Shown here: positions 34,494 to 45,870 of the stretch, in pieces | Layout: each line of letters opens with the position of its first letter | Position numbering within the stretch: the stretch's first letter is position 1 | Assembly: GCF_006345805.1 (NCBI RefSeq) | Contig: NC_043002.1 | Coordinates: 77,128,001-77,192,000 of the forward strand | Origin: Octopus sinensis | Lineage: Eukaryota | Direction of reading: 5' to 3' | DNA length: 64,000 nucleotides | The notes under the pieces: generated by a model | Databases searched by the model: none | What the model saw: only the letters and a program-made list of their open reading frames with translations | Told to the model about the DNA's origin: nothing | Position numbers and translations under genes: made by a program

Positions 34494-34864
34494 TTCTCTA
34501 ACAATTCTACCAGCTCACTGCTTTAAGCAGCAACTTAATAATGAAAAAAAATCTGGTTATTTCACTAAATCCCTCCAAATTCATGATTATTTTTCCAAAA
34601 TTAATTGATGCATGAGTGGTGGCAGTGGCAGTCAGTGTCAGAGGCAGCAGCAGCAGCTGTAATATTATGTTTCAATCATTACTATTGCGGTGCAGTTGTT
34701 ACTAACATAAAATAGTAGTTCTACTGTTGTAGTACTGGAATTATTTTCATCAACTCTCTACTGTAGAACTAATTAAGACACATAATTAGTTAATTGAACA
34801 AAACATTCAATCAAAATTTCAATTATAACCATCCCATCTTTAATGTTGTCATGTGGTTCTAAGA

Positions 34865-36660
34865 TAGTGGTTCTAAATCTTTCTCAGAACATGGCACACC
34901 CAGAGAATATAAAAAAATTTGTAGCTCATCCACCGATAATTAGCTCTCAAAAGTCCTAAGAAGCCATCTTAACACAGAAAGATTAATTAAATTATCTACC
35001 TTAAATAAGCAATACGAATAAAAAAAAGATTCTTGCATGTTTGTTACTAAGCTAATGAAACACCTGACTTTGATGTGATTTTACAAATTTCATTTAGCCG
35101 TAGTGGAATATTTGATAAAACCATGTGCAGCTTAGCTTTAGTAATAATGGGCAATATACTTTTTTTCATTCTGATGCTTGTTACTGATGAGAATACCAGC
35201 TCACATGAATTTGAATTAGGAAAAGGTAGTGACTCTTTTAAAGTCTTCGCTACACTCTCTGACCATTCTTTTTGTACTGACATCCAGAAGGTATTAAGCA
35301 ATAGTTCTTTGAATTTTTATATTAATGAAATGATGCAGGATATGACAGTCAGTTGGTCTTGTCCTGTGGCAGTGAGATTACTATTGTGAAAATCCATAAA
35401 GAACAGCACAACTAACCATTGAAGATTACTAATAGAAAGAGAAAGTAGTAAATAAGTCTTGTGGCTGAATTAAATCCTCAGATATTAGAATCTTTAACAC
35501 TCTTGCATGGCCATTTGTCTCTGTGTTGAAAAAACGGGGAAACACTTTGAATGGTACTTTTCCTTCCTCTGAATGGTACTTTTGCAAGACTCTAGCCTTC
35601 TGGGAAAGGTGTTTGCCTTATTTATTGAAACAATTAAATTTTTTTGTATTCCCTGCCTTAATTCCTTTAAAGAATTTAGTTAGCTGTGAGATATACCAGT
35701 GAGATATCCTTATCAAGCACTATTATCTGATAAATGTTGATCAAATGCAGATCTTCATTCTCTGGAAACAGTGTTCTCATCTTTTTGGTTCATAAATAAT
35801 GAACTGCAGTACTTTATTGTAAGACACCCAATGCACTTCAATATAGAAATAAGATTGTAAAGGTCTTGATTTGACAAAATTAGCCACTTCCATTTTGATT
35901 AAGTACAGAGTAGAGATCATCATTTAGAACCCATCATATTAAGATCTCAAGTTATAAAAACATTGAGTTGAGATAATTTCTACTGTGAATGTTCAATAAA
36001 ATCTTTAACAGCTCCTGTTGTTGCCTTTGTGACATTAGTGTATATTGTATGTGCAACTGCCATACAGATGAAAATATCCATACCCTTAGTTGTAATTACC
36101 AATATGTGGTAACAAAAGAACTGAAATAATTTGACCTCCTATAAATTAGATAAATTCCATGAGCTGAATCATCTCACTGACATCTGTACCCTCATTTAAC
36201 TGTAATGTGAAGGCTTTTAGACATTTGAATTTTTTTTAAGCAATATGAGAATCTATATCAAATGAACTGTGGGAAGCAATGATATACTGTATTGTTCCAG
36301 ACAGAAACTTTCATTGTATCTTCTATGAAAGAACTAGTGTTTCACAACTTGTATGAGCTTCGAGTGAATTGTTAATTATAAGTGATGCCTTGTATGTTGC
36401 TAGAAGAGGAACCCTATCAAAAACTGTTACTTAGTTAATCATTCTTTTATTTGCATGTTTGTTAGTTTGTAGCAGCTGCCTGAATTATTTGATTTCCGTG
36501 TTCTTCAAGTGGTTACGGTGCTTCTCCAGATGTCTTTTATTTGCTTGGAGCTATTGACTCATTGGAAAGAAAGCATCCATGACTCATTTGGGAAGCAGCA
36601 GATCATCACATTTGCAGGTGAAACCAAACAACAAATATGTAGGATGATATTGATAAATAA
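34865..36660 (-). mobile_element. Decayed Buster/Charlie-type hAT transposon (ZBED5/SCAND3-like transposase)
   Basis: Motifs across frames: YLLFGFT, LSNESIAPSK, KRHLEKH, FTLQLNEGTDVSEMIQL, NFVKSRPL, IEVHWVSYNKVL and the dimerisation-domain-like FWMSVQKEWSE...LPFPNSNSCELVFSSVTSI. Terminus tagtggttctaaatc at 34865, preceded by ttcTAaga. Confidence 0.85.
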
Positions 36661-37404
36661 GTAATTTTGCTTCATGGCAGCTGGTGTTGATAGCATTGAT
36701 AGCCACACATTGGTATCATTGAATTCACTTTCAGTTTGCAGGGGTGGTTGTGTTCTGATAGTAAACTTGTTTTTGATTATATATTAAGCTTGAACCAAAA
36801 TAATTACGGTTATTTTGCACATTTTTAAGAACAAGTTAAAATAAATAAAAATGTCATGTAAAGCTCTTTCTATATGTTATATTCTTAATATTAAGAAATA
36901 AATCAATTCAAGATGATAAAAACTTAATACATCTAAGTAAGAACAAGTTACTCACTTTGTTATATAAGAACAATAATACAGAATATTCCACTGTTCTAGC
37001 ATTGTTACTATATAATTATTGTTCTACCCAATAATGTTCAATAATTGGTTGATACGTGCACATGATTACATTCAATATTTTCACCTTAATATTATTTATT
37101 TTCATAAATACATACAAACATATGATTGTAGCCATTATTATCTAAATGTAAGAAGAGTACTTGTGTGTGTGTGTGGGGGGGTAAATTTAATATCAATATT
37201 GATACCAAGTGGAGAGAGTTTAGTATATGATTGCCTAAGTATTTTACGCTATCTACCATTTATGGATGCACTCTGCGGAGACTGATAGAGAAATAATATA
37301 ATTTCTATGTTTATACCTACTCATTGAAAGTACATTATAATTTATCTGTTCATATCTCTGCATTGCTTGCTTGTAATGAATGGTTGGAATTATATAGTAT
37401 ATAT

Positions 37405-37600
37405 GTTCAGGCATGGCATTGTGGTTAAGAATTTCACTTCCCAACCACATGGTTTCGGGTTCAATCCTGCTACATGGTATGTTGGGCAAATGTGTTCTTT
37501 TGTTGCCCACAAATGCCACATGAGTGAAATTTGTAAACAGAAACTGAAACAGCCTGTTGTTGTTCTTATTGTTTGTGTGTGTGTGTGTGTGGTGTGTGTG
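37405..37600 (+). mobile_element. SINE family C, 5' part
   Basis: ggcatggcattgtggttaagaa...gggttcaatcc head. Confidence 0.65.
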
Positions 37601-37894
37601 TGTGTGTGTGTGTGTGTGTTTACATCTTTGCTCAGTGAAAGTCATAAGATAGGGTGGTGGTGTTGTCGCTTATTGTTGCCAACGAATCATTTGTCTGCTT
37701 TGCACTTTTGTAGACGTAAGAAATAAGAAATCCTTGACTTGAAAAACAAGGAATGATTGGTGACAAGGACATCCAGTGGCAAAACAATACCTTAATAACA
37801 TAATTTCGGGCATTGTGCCTAGAGTAGAAAAGAATGATATAATCATCCAATTCATGGTAGCCTAGAAAAATAAACAATATCACTACGTAACTTA

Positions 37895-38106
37895 CCCTTT
37901 GGCATTTAAACCAGCTATATCTAGCTCAAATATTTGTTTTATGTTCAAACCAGCTAGATCTGGCCTCTTACACCTACCCTACAATGTCATTCTAAAATTA
38001 TACAAACATATCATTGAAATCGCAAAGCTATGAGATAATGCATAATTAATTCAAAATAATGTGAATATATAAGCATTAAATTTGACAGAATTTGAATGCT
38101 AAAGGG
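37895..38106. mobile_element. piggyBac-like MITE, uninterrupted copy
   Basis: ccctttggcattt...aatgctaaaggg|ttaa. Confidence 0.8.
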
Positions 38107-38536
38107 TTAATCAAATAATGATAATTATTATGATTTTCCAAATGTCCAAAAATAATATAGCACACTTATGATTTTTTATGGTACACCATGTGTAGCAGTA
38201 AAATGGTTGGCATCCATTCTTCTAACGTTTACCACAAGAAAATATAATACTTGTTTTAGAATTTGGTGAAGATTTAAGATTTTGACTACTATGTAATAAA
38301 ACCCTTTTATTAACTCACTAAACTAGTTGTTGTTGTTAGTGTTGCAGTTGTTGTTTAGCTCCAGCACGATCCTGAAGTGCAGACATGATTAAAAGCATCC
38401 CATTTCTGACTAAAACATAGTGTATTTACATGTATCTAGTATGTACTACCATTTTTTTTTTAAAGAAAAAGAAGGTTGGGTGTGATTTGCAAAAGATTTA
38501 GTTGCTATTATTAGTAGGTCGAATGACTATGTAGAG

Positions 38537-38856
38537 CAGGGGTTCCCGATCTTATTTTGCTTATGGACTCCCTGTGAGCTATCTTATCATCAGTGGGCCC
38601 CATATATGCACAACTAAATTTTTTGAAATAAAATATTTGTTTGTAGGTTAGTAAAAACTAACAATGAAACAATTTCATTATATTCATAACGTAAATTCCA
38701 AATACAAATCTTGAGAATTTCAACAAATACAGGTGCCTGTCCTAGTAAACAAAATTTATATATAAGGACCCACAAATTGCAATTTTTTACTTGTGGACCC
38801 CATTAAAGCTTCTGTGGATTCCTGAGAGTCCATGTGGATCCTGGTTGGGAACCAGG
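38537..38856. mobile_element. hAT (Buster-type) MITE
   Basis: TIRs caggggttcccgatc and ggttgggaaccagg; 8-bp TSD atgTAgag / atggagag. Confidence 0.75.
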
Positions 38857-39053
38857 ATGGAGAGGCTCCCTTGAACAACATGGAGCAATCTGCCTTAATT
38901 TTGATGGCATATTGAAAGTGAGAATGCATCAAAGTACAACTGTTGCAGTGCTGTCTCAATGTATCAAATCTGAACTGTGGCGTTGGCATTGGCGTTGGTG
39001 TTGGTGGTTGGTGCTGGTACTGGTGATGGTGCTAGTGGTGCACATCAACCTAC

Positions 39054-39155
39054 CTATCACCGTTATTGTTATCACTTTGCCACAATACCACTGAGGTGTA
39101 GAAGATAGATGTGTGCTGGCCCAAAAGATGTTAATCTGTACTGACATGGAAATCA
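39054..39155 (-). CDS. Candidate exon (ISMSVQINIFWASTHLSSTPQWYCGKVITITVI), phase 1 to 1
   Basis: Acceptor tctttgtcttcttcttcag| and donor tag|gtaggt; one open frame. Confidence 0.35.
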
Positions 39156-39567
39156 CTGAAGAAGAAGACAAAGACACTGTTGTTGTTGCTATTTAGCATT
39201 AGGCCCAGCAGAACTAATATAGAAGACATTCCTACCACGCCGTTTCCATCTTTTATTCAGTGAACTTAATTCTACATTATCCAATGTATACTATCTCTTA
39301 GAAAAGAGAGCAAATTGATTTGTGTGTTTTTTAAGATGGAGGTTTTGTTATGATCTTTATGTCTCTGATGGCTTAACAGCAGCAGCAGCTGCAGCAGTAG
39401 TAGTGGTATTGATGGTGGGGCTGGTGGTAGTGCTGCTTATGGTTCTAGTAGTGATGTGGTGGTTGTAGTAGAAACAGTAGGAGTGGTAGTGGTTGTGATA
39501 ACTATTATGATGATAGTCATCAGTAGTAATAGCAGTTGTAGTTCTGTGAGTATTCTTGGCTTGAGTA

Positions 39568-39780
39568 AGGCAGTGAGCTGGCAGAATCGTTAGCATGCCG
39601 GGCAAAATGCTCAGCGGTATTTTGTTTGATGCTATATTCTGAGTTCAAATTCCACCGAGGTCAACTTTGCCTTTCATCCTTTCGGGGTCGATAAATTAAG
39701 TACCAGTTACGTACTGGGGTGAATCTAATCAACTGTCCACACCCCAAAAAATTTTGGGCCTTGTGCCTAGAGTAGAAAAG
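39568..39780 (+). mobile_element. SINE family D
   Basis: taaggcagtgagctggcagaatcg...cctagagtagaaaag. Confidence 0.9.
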
Positions 39781-39918
39781 AAAAGAAAAAAAGTATTTTT
39801 GGCATGAGTAGTAGCACTACTCTTCTCTCTTTCTCTCTCTCTCTCCCTCATAGTTTAGCACAGTTTCTGTAAACCACAAAAATTACTGCACTTTGCTTTT
39901 GTTTTGCTGTTGTTATAG

Positions 39919-40014
39919 CAAAATGACTTCCGAACCATCAGCTCTTTAGGGGCAAAGATTAATGATTTTTTATCTTCCCTCAAATCACCAGAAACTGAAA
40001 CATCAAATTTTTGA
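39919..40014 (+). CDS. Candidate terminal exon on the plus strand (QNDFRTISSLGAKINDFLSSLKSPETETSNF*)
   Basis: Strong acceptor ttgcttttgttttgctgttgttatag|; no upstream partner exon established. Confidence 0.25.
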   Translation, partial: QNDFRTISSLGAKINDFLSSLKSPETETSNF

Positions 40015-40197
40015 TCTAGTAATAGTCGTTTCTTGTTTAATTTCATGGTTCCCTAAGCATCTAATTCCTACATTAGTGGCAAAGACCCTTAACATTGCTG
40101 CAATGCATGAAAAGAGACACAGTTATTATTATTGCAATTTATCAATGTGAATCAGGATATATATACGTCGATATGATAATTATATTTCTATTTACAT

Positions 40198-40231
<34 letters not shown>

Positions 40232-40764
40232 AATTGTGTGTGAAAACATGCATGTTTGTGTTCTTACTTTCGTTTTCCAATTTGAGTGGACACACTCATG
40301 CGAACTCTGTTTTTATTTTCATTTTGCTTGTTTAGATTTTACCAACTTTATTTGAAGCTAAGATATAGTCAGCATATTAATCTTTAGTCTTTTGTTTTTT
40401 TTTGTTTTTTTTTACTTTTACAGCTTACTGCCCTTATTGACCTTAATCACTTCATAGCCTTAAGGAGGTTCTCCATTGGTTGTGGTTTTCACAACTTACA
40501 ATATGTGAATGAGGCTTTACTATTGAATCACTTTATTTAAGTTGTTTGTTGCATAAATACTATTTTACATTTTTAGTGCTTTCAGCCATTGAACACTGGC
40601 CATGCTGGGGCACAGTTTTAAAGTGGTTTAATCAATGGTATTGACCTCAGTTCACATTTCGGTCTGATACTTGTTTTTTTTGTTTTTTTTACCACTATTT
40701 TACAAATGTCTAAGTTACTTTTCAATTAGAGTGATGCCACTTAGTGCACCATCTTATACTGGTA

Positions 40765-41074
40765 GATGCACACACACACACACACACACACTCACATACA
40801 CACCATACATGCATGCACACACAAATATATATATCATATGCATGTACACACAAATATATATATACACACACACATATATATATATATGTATCACACATGC
40901 TCACAAAATGCATGTGTATGACACGTGTATGCACACAAATATATATACATATATATAGGCATGTGTGTGTGTGTGCACATATGGGCACTCATATATATAT
41001 CACTTGCATAGGCACACATATATATATCACTTGCATAGGCGCACATATATATCAGGCACACATAACATACACAC

Positions 41075-41105
<31 letters not shown>

Positions 41106-41106
41106 C

Positions 41107-41145
<39 letters not shown>
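40765..41145. repeat. (CA)/(TA) compound microsatellite containing a ~27-bp duplication (ggcacacatatatatatcacttgcata)
   Basis: Direct inspection. Confidence 0.9.
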
Positions 41146-41152
<7 letters not shown>

Positions 41153-41371
41153 CACATAGTTTCCATCTGCCAGATTCCACTAAGAAGATATTGATCAACC
41201 TGAAGTTCTAGTTGCAGACATTTGCCCAAAGCGCTACGTAGTAGGATCAAACTCAGAACCACAGGGTTGTGAAGTGAACTTCTTAACAACATAGCTATGC
41301 TAACACTTACATCTCTATTTTGAATTTCTGAAGATGAGAGAAATCTATAGAGTACAGAGTTCCTGCTTTGA

Positions 41372-41848
41372 CCCTTTAGCATTTAAACTGGCAACATCTA
41401 GTCCAAATATTCTATCTGTTCTATGTTCAAACCAGCTAGATCCAGCTTCTCAAATCTACTTAACATCATCATCATCGTTTAATGCCTGTTTTCCATGCTA
41501 GCATGGGTTGGATGGTTCGACCGAGGTCTGGAAAGCCAGGAGGCTGCATCAAGCTCCAGTTTGATCTGGCGGTGTTTCTACAGCTGGATGCCCTTCCTAA
41601 CACCAACCACTGTGATAGTAGTGGATGTTTTTTACGTGCCACCGGCACAGGTGCCAGGGGAGGCTGGCAATGGCCATGATTGGTTGGTGCTTTTTATGTG
41701 CCACCGGCATGGAAGCCAGTCAGTATCATTCAAAAAATTTACACTCATATCATCGAAATCTCAAAGTTATGAGATAATGCATAATAAATTAAAAACAATG
41801 TGAATAAATAAGCATTACACTTGACAGAGTAATCTGAATGCTAATGGG
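41372..41848. mobile_element. piggyBac-like MITE interrupted by a minus-strand RTE-tail element (41465-41725)
   Basis: ccctttagcattt...atgctaatggg; the MITE body resumes at about 41740. Confidence 0.75.
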
Positions 41849-42059
41849 TCAAATCACAGGATTTTTCCAGGTTTCACGGCTACTCTACAGTATAAATTCA
41901 CACCATTGAGTGAGTATAATGACAATTGAATGATAAAACTGCAGGTTATGCATTTTGTTTGGGAATTTCTGCATTTCTTTTAATCGCAGAATTCTTTGGT
42001 CATACTGTTGTTTCTGACCTCAGTATAACTGCAGTCCGAAAAGTTATCATTTTTATGCA

Positions 42060-42628
42060 CAAGTTCAGCAATTTTGAGGGAAGTTCGGCTGGTCAATTAC
42101 ATCAACCCCAATCCTTGGCTAGTACTTTATTTTGTCAATCCCAGAAAGAGGAAAGGCAAAGCTGACCATGGTGGGATTTGAACTCAGATTGTAAAGAACA
42201 AAAACAAATATTCTTTTCTACTCTAGGCACAAGGCCCGAAATTTTTGGGGAGGGGTCCAGTCAATTAGACCGACCCCAACTGGTACTTAATTTATCAACC
42301 CCAGAAGGATGAAAGGCAAAGTCGACCTCAGTGGAATTTGAACTCAGAACGTAAAGCATTTCATCCAGCATGCTAAGTTTTCTTATTTCTTTACTGCCCA
42401 CAAGGGGCTACACACAGAGGGGACAAACAAGGACAGACAAATGGATTAAGTCAATTTTATCAACCCCAGTGTGTAACTGATACTTATTTAATCGACCCCA
42501 AAAGGGGAATTTGAACTCAGAATGTAGCGGCAGACGAAATACCGCTAAGCATTTCGCCCGGCATGCTAACGTTTCTGCTAGCTCTCCACCTTCAGCGTGC
42601 TAACATTTCCGCCAGCCCACCGCCTTAG
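42060..42628 (-). mobile_element. SINE D cluster, including a copy (42384-42592) nested in another
   Basis: Degenerate TSD cagcatgctaagttttct / cagcgtgctaacatttcc. Confidence 0.8.
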
Positions 42629-43184
42629 AACTAGAATAGATATTGTAAGGCTCTAACAAGTCTTCTAGTTCATCATCCTTCCATTATATAATAAGAGTGT
42701 TTATAGAGAATGGATAATTAGTTCTGATGTTTTCACACATCTATAAAGTTAAATTTTATAATTGGGTGTCTTATACCAAGTATTCAATTACAGAGTGAAA
42801 GTGATACTTTATTTTCGCTTAAATGAAGGAGGAAAAATAGAATAATGTGATTTGTTTAAAGGTGCAGGTCAGTAACTTGCAACCTTTAAGTCAGATCTTG
42901 TCAAAATTTTAACTTCTGACTTTTTGTTATCCACTCTTGATGGTGTCAGTGAATCATATATGGGATAGAAATTAGTCCTGAACTGAGATAACAGCTAATT
43001 TAGCCTTACACTGTTCATGCAAGCCCCACTACCCTTTTTTTAAAACTGGGTATCAGGTAACTGGCATTAGTTTATCCATTATTTCCTAAATGTTTTGAGA
43101 CCTGGAATATATTTTTGTCATCACTGATTTTTTCTTTTTTGTATTATTATTCTTTTTTAATTTAGGCTAATTAGTAGTTAGGGC

Positions 43185-43480
43185 ATTTGACTCACAATTG
43201 TAAGGTCATGACTTTGATTTCCAGTGGCATATTGTGTTCTTGAGCAAGACACTTTACTTCATGTTACTTCAGTCCACTCAGCTTGCAAAAATGAGTTGTG
43301 CCTGTATATCAAAGGGCCAGCTTTGTCATGTCATGTGTTGTGCTGAATTTCCCTAAGAACTACATTAAGGGTACATGTGTCTTGTGGAGTGCTCAGCCAG
43401 TTGCACATTAATTTTATGAGCAGGCTGATCCATTGATCAAATCAACTAGAAACCTTATCATCATAACCAGTGGAGCACCA
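43185..43480 (+). mobile_element. SINE family A, diverged
   Basis: gtgttcttgagcaagacactttacttcatgttacttcagtccactcagc domain. Confidence 0.7.
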
Positions 43481-43539
43481 GTTAGATATTTTATCTTATT
43501 CTTTTTCATTTATTATTCATTATTATTTTTATTTATTTT

Positions 43540-43570
<31 letters not shown>

Positions 43571-44879
43571 TTTTGATGGTCAAGTAGTTCCTATTTTTAA
43601 GAAAATTGGGATCTGCTGACTCAAGTATTCCAAATTTTAAAGTGAGAACTTCTGGCTCCAGTAATAAAAAGTAATGATTTCTAACATGGGCTTAATGTCA
43701 CATATTTTTGTGTTGAGGGTTTAGTTGATTAAATTGACCCCCTGTAATTGATTGATTCCTTATCTCATCGCCCCACCCACCCCAAGAATGATGAACAGCA
43801 AAGTTGATGTTGGCAGAATATGAATTCAGAACATAAAAGACTGTAATTAAATACCATAGGGAATTTTGTCTAACATACCCATCCACTTCCCATATATATA
43901 TAATAAATATAGTAATAGAATTTTATTACACCCTGTAAAATCCTAGCATCAACAAGGGAATATTTTATTTTTTTAAAGTAATTTAAAGAAGAACATGTGC
44001 CCATAAACTTGCCAGGGGTATAGAGATAGTTCTAATTTTTGAAAATATTTTAATTAGCTACAGTCATATGACTGTGGTCATGTTAAAGAACAGATGTTTT
44101 CTTTCTGAAAGATTTTATGCAGCCGGTGCGAATTAAAAAAATTGTATATATTATTTCCTTTGAAATCTGAATATCCCAAATATATTTTCTCAAACTTTAG
44201 TTTTCAATTCTGAAATTTTAAATAAATTTACTTCATATTCTATTAACCCCACAAACCTATCTCATTGCTTCTAATAATATTTGAACCCTCTTGGGGTTAT
44301 CTACAGTATTTATGGCTCAGGAAGTCGGTATTTAGCAGTATATATTCTGGCAGACATGTACTATCTGATGAGCACAGCACATCCTTCAAAGATGGTATAT
44401 TTTCTGTATAATAATTCTACACTTGCAGTATCATGGTATTAGCTGGCAATAATTTGTTATCAAATTTAATAATACATACTCTGAAACAAAAATGATTTCA
44501 GATTGATATTATATTATGTGTATAAATAGCCTATAATATGTATGTTTAAGTCTCAGCAATACTTATGCCAGATTAGTAAGTTCAGCATGATAGCACACAC
44601 TTTGACATCAAAGACTGTATGCCACTAATGGTTATGTGTTGAATGACAAATGCAAAAACTTCTTAAATAATTAAAATACATCTTTTAGTTGGAGAAAGAA
44701 AATAAAAACCTAGTAGCATTTATATACAACTTTCAAAGAAGAAGGGAGATAATTTCATAAGATTAAAAACTGAATTTCAAAGAAAGTAATTTGTGTGTTT
44801 AGAAGAAAATTTTAACCATTGTTAGCTGGTACTCTTTCATTTATTTTTCTAATGGTGATTCATTTAACCCCCTTTGATA

Positions 44880-45205
44880 TCAACTTACCTGAAACCACAT
44901 CTGGTTCCACAAAGCCTTGTGAGTGGATTTGGTAGATGGAAGCTGAAAGAAGCCCGTCGTATATATGTATATGCATATATGTGTGTGTGTGTATATATTT
45001 GTGTCTGTGTTTGTCCCCCCAACATTGCTTGACAACCGATACTGGTGTGTTTACGTCCCCGTAACTTAGTGGTTTGGCAAAAGACACCGATAGAATAAGT
45101 TGAATAAGTTACAAAGAATAAGTCCTGGGGTCGATTTGCTTGACTAAAGACGGTGCTCCAGCATGGCCACAGTCAAATGACTGAAACAAGTAAAATAGTA
45201 AAAGA
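44880..45205 (+). mobile_element. SINE family C, 3' part
   Basis: aaagccttgtgagtggatttggtag...actgaaacaagtaaaatagtaaaagag. Confidence 0.85.
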
Positions 45206-45529
45206 GAGAGAGTTTACGTTCTTTTGTATCTCACTTTTTCTCTCTATTTATACTTTCTCATATTCCTGTTGTTTCTTACTTAGTTTCCTTTTCTCTTTAC
45301 ATTCATTCACTTTCTCTAATGTTTAGCTGTTTTAATATTATTAATTTCTACAAAACTCTTTCTGTGATCTGTGAAAGCTGAGATGAACGTAAATTATGAG
45401 ATTAAGGAATTTAAGATTAGACAAATTTCTCCAATACTTTGTGTGAATTCTCTCCTGCAATAATACCAGGAATAAACTGTGGTCATGGGCATGGTTGTAT
45501 AGTTTAAAAGTTTTGTTTTGTAACAACAT

Positions 45530-45870
45530 GATTCCAAATTCAGTCATGCAATATGGCCACCCCATCTATATTTGTTCTCCTTGATGGTTCTTAGGATGAT
45601 GTTGCCTCTTATGTGCTGTCAAATCCAGGCATTTGTTTTCTTGTCCTGTAATGTAATGCCAAGCAAGATTCATTCCATTTTCCATTGGGCTACAATGAGG
45701 GCATTCATGATGGGAGTGTTAAGAACCCACATTTCACTGTCATAACTCGTGACTGGCAGGATGCACTCATTGTAGATCTTTCTGTTAATTTTCATGAAAG
45801 CCCTGGGACTTCTCAAGGGGTTTTCCACCTTCCCAAAGGCTGCCCAACCAAGTGCTATTCTTCAGATGGA
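45530..45870 (-). mobile_element. Fossil of a second RTE-clade LINE family (post-RT region)
   Basis: RRIALGWAAFGKV...RKIYNECILPVTSYDSEMW...AQWKME*ILLGITLQDKKTNAWI...KYRWGGHIA. Confidence 0.8.

Noticed and set aside
39919-40014. Resemblance of (IP)QNDFRTISSLGAKINDFL to an acyl-carrier-protein C-terminus
   Set aside because: The IP comes from an unproven splice, and no upstream DSL phosphopantetheine motif was found.
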